Shown: positions 37,782 through 44,978 of the stretch, in pieces
Numbering within the stretch: the first letter of the stretch is position 1
Layout of the letters: each line of letters opens with the position of its first letter
Assembly (NCBI GenBank): GCA_023139205.1
Contig: JAGLOA010000005.1
Coordinates: 1 to 44,978, forward strand
DNA: 44,978 bases
From: Candidatus Pacearchaeota archaeon
Lineage (GTDB): Archaea > Nanobdellota > Nanobdellia > Pacearchaeales > GW2011-AR1
Direction: 5' to 3'
Position numbers and translations under genes: made by a program
Notes under the pieces: model-generated
Seen by the model: only the letters and a program-made list of their open reading frames with translations
Told to the model about the DNA's origin: nothing
Databases searched by the model: none

Positions 37782-37839
37782 AAATTTTCAATAAATAATG
37801 TATCTAAAACTTTAAAAATGGAAATATTCTCTCAAAAAG

Positions 37840-38271
37840 ATGGAATTAGAAAAACAATTACCAGATACAAAATATATAAGATCTTTTAAAAAGAAACATA
37901 CAGAAGGAAATACAGAAATTAAATTAAGTATGGGACTTCCAAATTTTTTGGGAAAAGGTGGTGAACTTAAAGAAATATTAACTGAAAATAATATTCCAAT
38001 AAATGGGTTATATAAACCACTAATTAATGACGATACAATCATTTACGAAGGAGAATCTAATAAATTAGGTTCATACAAATTAACAACTAAAAGAGGATTT
38101 TCTGTTGCAGAAAAAATTATCTTAGAAGCGACTAAAGAAGGGGAAGAGATTGGAAAGATGCCAAATCTCGTGAAAGTTTTAAAAGACTATTCTATTTTGT
38201 ATGAAAAAGAAATAAAGAAAAAAATGAGAAGCGACAAAATTAATGCACATCTTCATTCTCCTACACTTTAA
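37840..38271 (+). CDS. hypothetical protein
   Basis: 143-aa ORF with TATA upstream. Confidence 0.7.
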   Translation: MELEKQLPDTKYIRSFKKKHTEGNTEIKLSMGLPNFLGKGGELKEILTENNIPINGLYKPLINDDTIIYEGESNKLGSYKLTTKRGFSVAEKIILEATKEGEEIGKMPNLVKVLKDYSILYEKEIKKKMRSDKINAHLHSPTL

Positions 38272-38329
38272 CAAATTTTTGAGTTCTATTTTAACAAAAA
38301 CCCATAAACAAAAAGAATAAATACTTTTA

Positions 38330-38920
38330 ATGTTTAATGTAAACATGGAATTTAATTATAAAAAATACAGATGGTTTTTTACTAAAAGTGGTAAGCTTGT
38401 GTATGGTGGGAAATCTGCTGAACAAAATGAAGAGATAATTAGAGAATTAGTAAAAAACAAAAAGGATTTTATAATGATGCATACAAAGATTCCTGGAAGT
38501 CCTTTTGCTGTGATTAAAGCTGACGTGAATAAAGTTTCAGAGAGTGATTTAGAAGAGACTGCTGTCTGGACTGCTTGTTTTTCCCGTGCATGGAAAAAAG
38601 GATTGAAAAAAACAGAGATAGATGTTTTTTTAACAGAGCAGTTAATTAAAAAAAAGGGAATGAAATTAGGGACTTTTGGGGTACTTAACAAAGTTGACAA
38701 AAAAGATGCTGAATTAAAATTAGTTTTAATAAATCAAAAAGATATTTTAAGGGCTGTTCCTGAAAAAACAGTTAAAGCGAATAATAAAAAATTTGCGAAA
38801 ATTGTTTCTGGAAAAATTTCTAAAGAAGAATTTGCAAAAAAATTAGCTAAAAGATTAAACAGGGGTGAAGAGGAAGTTTTAAATGCTCTTCCAACTGGGA
38901 AGTTTAAAGAAATAAGATAA
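38330..38920 (+). CDS. stand-alone NFACT-R (DUF814) RNA-binding domain protein
   Basis: YRWF..SG.L..GGK.A.QNE, MH..IPGSPF, FSRAWK; start may be 38345. Confidence 0.88.
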   Translation: MFNVNMEFNYKKYRWFFTKSGKLVYGGKSAEQNEEIIRELVKNKKDFIMMHTKIPGSPFAVIKADVNKVSESDLEETAVWTACFSRAWKKGLKKTEIDVFLTEQLIKKKGMKLGTFGVLNKVDKKDAELKLVLINQKDILRAVPEKTVKANNKKFAKIVSGKISKEEFAKKLAKRLNRGEEEVLNALPTGKFKEIR

Positions 38921-38922
38921 AA

Positions 38923-39180
38923 ATGGCTAAAAGTTTATATCGGGTTATTGCAGAAACTAAAATTGACACAGATCTTTTGTTTAATAATAGACTTAAAAAA
39001 ATTATTAAAAGTCAGATTAATAAAGCAATTAAAAACTACCAGCAAAGACCTGGGGAAGGAATGTTAAAACGCTGTTCACAAATAGCTTATAAGGGGATAG
39101 TTCGTTTAGCAGAGATAGGAGAAAAAGGAAATGCAATTAAATATGTCCCAAGTTATAATAAAACTTTTAATATAAAATGA
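38923..39180 (+). CDS. hypothetical protein
   Basis: Tightly packed between neighbours; ATGA overlap downstream. Confidence 0.65.
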   Translation: MAKSLYRVIAETKIDTDLLFNNRLKKIIKSQINKAIKNYQQRPGEGMLKRCSQIAYKGIVRLAEIGEKGNAIKYVPSYNKTFNIK

Positions 39181-39425
39181 CAAAAGTAGGACACATACAA
39201 TTAGGGAAGCAAGGAGTAACTGATAATTTTATTCAAACTTTAAAAGATCATTTTAAAAAACAGAGTAATGTCAGGATTTCTGTTTTACGTTCTTGTTGCA
39301 GAGATAAAGAAGAATTAAAAAAAATAACTTTAGAAATTTTGGAAAAATTAGGGAACCATTATACTACAAAAACAATTGGTTATGTTATTGCTGTGAAAAA
39401 ATGGAGAAAGGCTGTGAGAGAGTAA
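39177..39425 (+). CDS. yhbY: YhbY/CRM RNA-binding protein
   Basis: IQLGKQGVT, VRISVL, TIG; position before S19e. Confidence 0.85.
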   Translation: MTKVGHIQLGKQGVTDNFIQTLKDHFKKQSNVRISVLRSCCRDKEELKKITLEILEKLGNHYTTKTIGYVIAVKKWRKAVRE

Positions 39426-39506
39426 GTTTTATAAAGGTCTTTTCTCCTAAAATATCAGGTTAATCATGCAAGTGAATCTAACATCGAAAGATGTGCCTTA
39501 ATAAAA

Positions 39507-39935
39507 ATGGAAAATCCAGTATATGAATTAAATGCTCAGGAATATAATTTAAAATTAGCTGAAGCTCTGAAACAAATTCCTGAATTTAAAAAACCTGAAT
39601 GGTCTGAATTTGTTAAATCAGGTGTTGCAAAAGAAAGACCAATAGATGATGTTGATTTCTGGCACAAAAGAGCTGCAAGTATTTTAAGACAAATTTACAA
39701 AAAGAAAATTGTAGGGGTAAACAGACTTAAAACAAAATACGGAAGCAAACAAAATAGGGGATTTAAACCTGAAATTTTCAGAAAAGCAAGTGGTAAAATA
39801 ATTAGAACAATTCTTCAACAAGCTGATTCTGCAGGAATTACTGAAATTGCCGAGGATGTTAAAGGAGTGAGATCAAGAAAACCTGGGAGACAATTAACTC
39901 AAAAAGGAAAAGAAATTTTGGAGGAAATAAAATGA
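39507..39935 (+). CDS. rps19e: 30S ribosomal protein S19e
   Basis: PEW..FVKSG..KERP, RAASILR, GV.RL...YG, SG.IIR.ILQQ. Confidence 0.97.
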   Translation: MENPVYELNAQEYNLKLAEALKQIPEFKKPEWSEFVKSGVAKERPIDDVDFWHKRAASILRQIYKKKIVGVNRLKTKYGSKQNRGFKPEIFRKASGKIIRTILQQADSAGITEIAEDVKGVRSRKPGRQLTQKGKEILEEIK

Positions 39936-40111
39936 AAGGTTTTTTTAGAGGAATTATGAGGGTTTTAGAAATTTATCCTACTCAAAAAAAATTAGGAGAT
40001 TATTTTCCACATTATAATTCAAAAACAGGTTCTGAACAAGATGCTCAAGCTTTAACAGAAGATTGGAGAAAAGTTGGAAATGATTTAGAAAGAGCATTAG
40101 GAAAAATATAA
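39932..40111 (+). CDS. hypothetical protein (59 aa, not in ORF track)
   Basis: ATGA overlap with S19e; stop abuts the L39e ATG; ...DAQALTEDWRKVGNDLERAL. Confidence 0.7.
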   Translation: MKGFFRGIMRVLEIYPTQKKLGDYFPHYNSKTGSEQDAQALTEDWRKVGNDLERALGKI

Positions 40112-40315
40112 ATGGGAATAAAAAATCCAGAAAAAAAAGCGAAACTTGCGAAGAAAGCAAGACAAACTAAGTGGGCTCCTGTTTGGGCTGTGCTTAGAAG
40201 ATATGGGATTGGGAAAAGAATTCATCCTTCTACTATGACTAAATACAGAAGGTCCTGGAGAAGAACTAAACTTCACATCAAACCAAGAAAACAAAAGAAA
40301 TCACATTTCGGATAA
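40112..40315 (+). CDS. rpl39e: 50S ribosomal protein L39e (extended)
   Basis: KK..LAK...Q....P.W, RRSWRRTKL. Confidence 0.9.
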   Translation: MGIKNPEKKAKLAKKARQTKWAPVWAVLRRYGIGKRIHPSTMTKYRRSWRRTKLHIKPRKQKKSHFG

Positions 40316-40321
40316 AATAAA

Positions 40322-40618
40322 ATGGAAAAAGAATGGATTAAATACAACCCTGAATCAAGAGATACTAAATATGATACTAAAATGCGTTTAAGGAACATGA
40401 TTAAACACCAGGATTTTTTCAGCTTTCCAGTTCCAATAGAGATGGTGCAAATGAGTTATACAAAAGAAGATAAGTATAATGTGGAAATTGGCGGTGAAAT
40501 AATCTCTTTAAAAGCAAGTGAAAAAGATCAGGAAGAAGGAGAGCCAGGAATTTTCTTTCTTGCAGAACCGAAAAAGAAAACAAAAATTGAAGAAATATTA
40601 ATGGAAATTTTTAAATAA
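40322..40618 (+). CDS. hypothetical protein
   Basis: 98-aa ORF filling the gap between L39e and L31e. Confidence 0.7.
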   Translation: MEKEWIKYNPESRDTKYDTKMRLRNMIKHQDFFSFPVPIEMVQMSYTKEDKYNVEIGGEIISLKASEKDQEEGEPGIFFLAEPKKKTKIEEILMEIFK

Positions 40619-40624
40619 TAAAAA

Positions 40625-41215
40625 ATGGCAAAAAAAACAGAAATTAAAACAGAAAAAATTGAGAGAGAATATATAATTCCGCTTAGAGAAAAATGCAGAC
40701 CTGTTCCAAGATATAAAAAGACTCCTAAAGCAGTTAAAACAGTAAAAGAGTTTTTAGTAAGGCACATGAAAATTAGAGACAGGGACTTGAAAAAAATTAA
40801 AATTGACAGATATTTAAATGAAGCTCTTTGGTTTAGAGGAATTAAAAAACCGCCGATAAAGATTAAGGTTAAAGTTGTTAAAGAAGGGGATATTGTCAGA
40901 GTAGAACTTTTTGATATGCCTGATAAATTAAAATTCAAAAAATTAAGAGAAGAGAAAAGAGAGCAGAAAGCAGGAGAGATAAAGGAGAAGAAAAAATCAA
41001 TGATGGAAAAAGCTAAAGAAACAATGCAAAAACCTAAAGAAGAAGTTGCTGTTGAAGAAGAAAAAAAGACAGAAGAAAAAGAAAAGAAATCTGCTGTTAT
41101 TGAAGCTGGGGAAAAATTAGAAAAAGCTGCTGCTAAAACAACAAAACACATGACAAAAACTGCTGGAAAAATGACAAAGCAAAAGCATCAAGTTAGAAAA
41201 GCTTTGGCTAAATAA
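40625..41215 (+). CDS. rpl31e: 50S ribosomal protein L31e with long K/E-rich C-terminal extension
   Basis: EREYIIPLR, KAVK.VKEFL.RHMK, LNEALW.RGIKKPP.KIKV. Confidence 0.95.
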   Translation: MAKKTEIKTEKIEREYIIPLREKCRPVPRYKKTPKAVKTVKEFLVRHMKIRDRDLKKIKIDRYLNEALWFRGIKKPPIKIKVKVVKEGDIVRVELFDMPDKLKFKKLREEKREQKAGEIKEKKKSMMEKAKETMQKPKEEVAVEEEKKTEEKEKKSAVIEAGEKLEKAAAKTTKHMTKTAGKMTKQKHQVRKALAK

Positions 41216-41289
41216 ATTTATTATTAAATTCTTGTAAAATTTCTGTTAAACACAATAATGCTTATAAATAAAATCAATTAATTTAATTC

Positions 41290-41793
41290 ATGATTATGGA
41301 AGAACTATATCAAATGTGGAAAGATGAGTCAGATTTTGAAAAAGCAGGAATTTTTTCTAAAAAAATTTCATTAGATTATAAAGCAAAAAGTAATCAACCA
41401 TGGCTATCTTTAGAATGTGTTCAGAACGATAGATTTTCATTTCAAGTTCATGATCTTGAATTAGGAGAGAAAGAAGCTCCATATTGGCAATTGGCAGGTC
41501 AAAAAAAGAAAGAAATGAAATTTGAAGGTTTTGTTAATAGGCTTTATAATAAAGGAATTGGATATTTAAGGGGGTATCTTAAAGTTCCAGAAGATAATCG
41601 GGAGATAGGAATTTTTGTTAAAGAGGGTAGGATTATAAAACTAAAGAGTGGAGAAGAGATTTTTGAAAATAAAGTTAAATTCCTTTCTCCAATATTAACT
41701 AATTTAGAATCATTAATAACTCCAGAGGCATTATTAGAAAATAAGAAAGAAAGTTTAATTGATAAGAGTGATAAATATAAAAATCTTATTTAA
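41290..41793 (+). CDS. hypothetical protein
   Basis: 167-aa ORF with TATA upstream. Confidence 0.7.
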   Translation: MIMEELYQMWKDESDFEKAGIFSKKISLDYKAKSNQPWLSLECVQNDRFSFQVHDLELGEKEAPYWQLAGQKKKEMKFEGFVNRLYNKGIGYLRGYLKVPEDNREIGIFVKEGRIIKLKSGEEIFENKVKFLSPILTNLESLITPEALLENKKESLIDKSDKYKNLI

Positions 41794-41804
41794 TTAATAA
41801 TTTT

Positions 41805-42506
41805 ATGTTGTCTGAACTTATTGAAAAAATTCAAGATTTTGCAAATCCAGAAAAAGCAAAAATTCTTCAAGGATTTTTCAAAACAGGGGAAGGAGAATAT
41901 GGAGAGGGAGATATTTTTCTTGGAGTAACTGTTCCGCAAATAAGAAAGATTGCAAAAGAATATTCTGGATTGAATCTAATCAAGATTGAAAAATTATTAA
42001 AAAGTAAAATTCATGAGCATAGATTAACTGCGATAATAATTTTAGGAGAGAAATATAAAAAAGCAAAAGAAGAAGAGAAAGAAAATATTTTTAATTTTTA
42101 TTTAAATAATTCTCAAAATGTAAATAATTGGGATTTGGTTGATTTAAGTGCTCCAAAGATTATTGGAAATTTTTTATTAGATAAAGATAAAAATATTTTA
42201 TATAAATTAGTTCGTTCAGAGAATCTCTGGGAAAAAAGAATTGCGATTATTTCTACATTTTCTTTTATAAGAAAAGAAGAATTTGAAGATTGTTTGGCAA
42301 TTTCAGAATTGTTGCTGAATGATAAACATGATTTAATTCACAAAGCAGTTGGATGGATGTTAAGAGAAATTGGGAAAAGAAATTTAGAGGTTGAAGAAAA
42401 TTTTTTAAAACAGCATTATAAAAATATGCCCAGAACAATGTTAAGATATGCTATTGAAAAGTTTGAAGAGGAAAAGAGGAAATCTTATCTTTCTGGAAAA
42501 GTATAA
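41805..42506 (+). CDS. alkD: AlkD-family DNA alkylation repair protein
   Basis: FFKTG.GEYGEGD.FLGV.VP, NNWDLVD, HDLIHKAVGWMLRE, MPRTMLRYAIE. Confidence 0.93.
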   Translation: MLSELIEKIQDFANPEKAKILQGFFKTGEGEYGEGDIFLGVTVPQIRKIAKEYSGLNLIKIEKLLKSKIHEHRLTAIIILGEKYKKAKEEEKENIFNFYLNNSQNVNNWDLVDLSAPKIIGNFLLDKDKNILYKLVRSENLWEKRIAIISTFSFIRKEEFEDCLAISELLLNDKHDLIHKAVGWMLREIGKRNLEVEENFLKQHYKNMPRTMLRYAIEKFEEEKRKSYLSGKV

Positions 42507-42654
42507 GATTTGCGACCATTTGTCTGCAAATAATCGGAAGAGATATTTGGATGGGGAGATTTAGTATTCTCCGGATAGTCTAGAACTTTACTGTATTAAC
42601 TTCTAAGGAGTGAATTAGCAAAAGATTTATAAATCAGATGGCCTCTTAAAAAAA

Positions 42655-43200
42655 ATGAAAGAATATGCTAGAGAATTAGAAGACAAAGTTGAAGAAATTA
42701 GTATAGGAGATTATGTTTTTTTAATGGCTGAGAATGGAGATAAAGCTGCTGGATTTGTAAGAAATCTTTGGGATGAAAAAATAAACTTATCTCATAAACC
42801 TCCAAAAAAAAGTGAAAGTTATTGGAAAAGTTATCTTTTAAGGATAGCAAAAGGAGATAGAAATCTCCCTTTAAATTCATTTAAAGATTACAAAGTTATT
42901 AAACTAAAAGAGTATATTAAAATATTAGAAAATAGGATCGTGGAATTTAATGTTGGAGACCATCTTTTTTTAATGGGCGGAAATGAAGAGAAAGCTGCCG
43001 GATTTGTAAAAAAATCTAAGGATGGAGAAGTAACATTATCCTATGAACCTGAAAACAAAATAGCTTATGCTAATCACTATCCTCCAATATTTACACTTGG
43101 AGATAGAAAAATTCAATTAAATGATTTTAACAAATCTAAAGTTGTTAAGGCAGAAGACTTCTGGTTAATTAAAGATTTAATTAAATCAAAAGAATTATAA
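42655..43200 (+). CDS. hypothetical protein with internal tandem domain duplication
   Basis: Two ~83-aa units sharing KEY...LE, GD..FLM, KAAGFV, LS..P, GDR...LN.F...KV. Confidence 0.8.
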   Translation: MKEYARELEDKVEEISIGDYVFLMAENGDKAAGFVRNLWDEKINLSHKPPKKSESYWKSYLLRIAKGDRNLPLNSFKDYKVIKLKEYIKILENRIVEFNVGDHLFLMGGNEEKAAGFVKKSKDGEVTLSYEPENKIAYANHYPPIFTLGDRKIQLNDFNKSKVVKAEDFWLIKDLIKSKEL

Positions 43201-43222
43201 GTATTTAGAGAAGTTTATTCTT

Positions 43223-43615
43223 ATGACAGAAACTTTGGAGAAAAAAATTCTTATAGTTGATGGGAATCAAAAAAATAGAGAAAAAGTAATAAAAGTGTTA
43301 GACAAGCTTAAGTATAATTCTACTAATGGTTATAAAATTGAAGAGGTAGATGAGGGTTCTTTTGCTGTTAAAATGGCAAAGAATGTAGAATATCACTTAA
43401 TTATAATGGCTTGGGTTATGAAAGAAATGAATGGGATACAGGCAACTGAAAAAATTAGAAAATTTGATACAGAGACTCCAATTGTGATAATGTCGCCAGG
43501 AAAAGACCCTTTAGGAGTATCTACTATTGGTGCAAATGCACATGTTAATAAAAATTATCTTGGGGATGAATTGCCTCTAGTTCTGCAAAAAATTTACCAA
43601 AATAAAAATAATTGA
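43223..43615 (+). CDS. single-domain response regulator (receiver), phosphoacceptor Asp replaced
   Basis: KILIVD, LIIMAWVM..MNG, IR, TPIVIMS, GA. Confidence 0.85.
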   Translation: MTETLEKKILIVDGNQKNREKVIKVLDKLKYNSTNGYKIEEVDEGSFAVKMAKNVEYHLIIMAWVMKEMNGIQATEKIRKFDTETPIVIMSPGKDPLGVSTIGANAHVNKNYLGDELPLVLQKIYQNKNN

Positions 43616-43917
43616 AGGAGATATTTTTCAAAAAGGAAAAAAGATTTGAAAAGCTTTATAAAAAAAGATTGTTTAAATTAAAAATGGTGAATGAAACTTT
43701 TTTGATATTGTATAGGATTTTGAGTGTTGCAGGAGTTATTTTTCTGTTTATTGGCTCAGTTGGATTTGGAGTTATGAGTGTTTTAGGGATTGCAAAAATA
43801 TTGATGTGGTGGCAAGCATTAGCTTTCATGATAATTTTTTTGGTTTTGGTTTTGATTGGGCTTATCTCTTTTAAAAAAGGAGAAAAATATAAAAAATTAG
43901 CAAAGAAGAAAAGATAA
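43612..43917 (+). CDS. membrane protein (2 TM)
   Basis: Two long hydrophobic segments; start uncertain (possibly ATG 43684). Confidence 0.65.
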   Translation: MKEIFFKKEKRFEKLYKKRLFKLKMVNETFLILYRILSVAGVIFLFIGSVGFGVMSVLGIAKILMWWQALAFMIIFLVLVLIGLISFKKGEKYKKLAKKKR

Positions 43918-44020
43918 GAAGAATTAATGGTGTTTTGGTTTCAAGATTTCTTAAGAAACTTGTTAAAAAGAATGTAGATAAATTAAAAAAATTTTTAAAG
44001 AACGAATTTCAAATTATTAA

Positions 44021-44902
44021 ATGGATATTGAAGCAATAAAACAAGGGAAAAGTATAAAGGAACTTTTGGAATTTGGGATTATAAATTTAGATAAATGTTC
44101 TGGACCAACTTCTTTTAGTGTTTCGGATTTTGTAAAAAAAAGGCTGGGATTAAGGAAAACAAGTCATTTTGGGACTTTGGATCCAAAGGTTACAGGGATT
44201 TTGCCTGTTGCATTAAATCGGGCTTGCAAATTAACTGGTTATTTTTTAGGAGAAGATAAAGAATATATTGGAGTGATGAGAATTCATGAAGAAGTTTCTT
44301 TAGAGAAAATTGAAAAAATAATAAAGGAAAAATTTACTGGAAAAATTATTCAAATGCCTCCTGTTAAATCAAGAGTTAAAAGGCAAGATAGAGAAAGAGA
44401 AATAAAAAAATTTGAATTATTAGAAAAAGATGGAAAAGATATTCTGTTTCAGGTAGAATGTGAAGGAGGAACTTATGTTAGAAAACTCTGTGATGACTTG
44501 GGAAAAGAATTAGGAATTGGAGCCCATATGTTGGAATTGCGAAGGGTTAGAGCAGGGATCTTTAAGGAATACAATAAAGATTATGCTTGTGTTAATTTAC
44601 ATGATTTTGAAAAGGCTGTAGAAGAATATGAAAAAGGTGATGAGAAAAATTTGAGAAGAATGATTATTCCTGGAGAAATTGTAAGTGAGTTACATCCTGT
44701 TGCAGATATTGAATCAGAGGTGATTGACAGGGTTTTGCATGGTTGTCCGATTTATCATAAATTCCTTAATAAAAAAATTAATTCTAAAAAAGGAGAAATT
44801 ATTTGTGTTTTTTCCGGAGAAAAATTCATTGGGATGTATAAAGTGATTAATGAAGGGGAATTTTTTGCAAGGTCTGAATTTGTTCTTCAAAATATTTCTT
44901 AA
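44021..44902 (+). CDS. cbf5: Cbf5/TruB pseudouridine synthase with PUA domain
   Basis: DK..GPTS, HFGTLDPKVTG, PPVKS.VKR, GTYVRKLC, ELRR. Confidence 0.95.
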   Translation: MDIEAIKQGKSIKELLEFGIINLDKCSGPTSFSVSDFVKKRLGLRKTSHFGTLDPKVTGILPVALNRACKLTGYFLGEDKEYIGVMRIHEEVSLEKIEKIIKEKFTGKIIQMPPVKSRVKRQDREREIKKFELLEKDGKDILFQVECEGGTYVRKLCDDLGKELGIGAHMLELRRVRAGIFKEYNKDYACVNLHDFEKAVEEYEKGDEKNLRRMIIPGEIVSELHPVADIESEVIDRVLHGCPIYHKFLNKKINSKKGEIICVFSGEKFIGMYKVINEGEFFARSEFVLQNIS

Positions 44903-44978
44903 AAAATTTAAGAACGGTGTAGAAGCAAGGGACATATGTCCTACCCTGATAATAAACTAAAATCATTATAAATTTCAT

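Noticed and set aside
38923-39180. Rpp21 by gene position
   Set aside because: No CxxC zinc-ribbon motifs.
43507-43521. CCCTTTAGGAGTATC as a fourth palindromic element
   Set aside because: Stem broken, opposite orientation to the coding strand, no evident peptide insertion; may be chance.
86-44935. Antisense or alternate-frame ORFs in the track (e.g. 86-319, 546-782, 6480-6941, 27804-28295, 40528-41151)
   Set aside because: They overlap well-supported genes and show shadow-ORF composition (S/F/L-rich) with no motifs.
44930-44941. Perfect palindrome GGACATATGTCC
   Set aside because: Single 12-bp site at the window edge with no context.

Overview
AT-rich archaeal chromosome segment, most consistent with a DPANN lineage (Pacearchaeota/Woesearchaeota-like; inference from S19e/L39e/L31e, Cbf5, archaeal RNase P RNA, form III RuBisCO and TATA boxes about 27-31 nt before largely leaderless ATGs). 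The left half (about 3-23 kb) is an accessory/defence region: a Doc-type TA module, radC, an RLIG1/DUF5565-like RNA ligase with flanking structured RNA candidates, Bro-N/KilA-N, divergent AbrB-like genes, a collapsed hsdM, a Fic AMPylase, a split type I R-M system carrying ComF-like PRTase + DprA and other cargo, PIN proteins and DUF2779. The right half is mostly housekeeping: Ca-type P-ATPase, rnpB, tRNA-Phe, cysS, RecJ-like DHH, HAD + RuBisCO, NFACT-R, YhbY, ribosomal proteins, AlkD, Cbf5. Most notable unannotated signals: (1) a 21-bp palindromic element sitting in frame inside unrelated genes, with a compensatory base-pair change between copies; (2) integrase-free cargo blocks bounded by duplicated gene ends (radC 3' end, an 18-bp gene start, possibly hsdS and alkD 3' ends); (3) an RNA-ligase module with two candidate structured RNAs; (4) strongly strand-skewed patches at these junctions. 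All family assignments come from motif recognition by eye; no searches were run.
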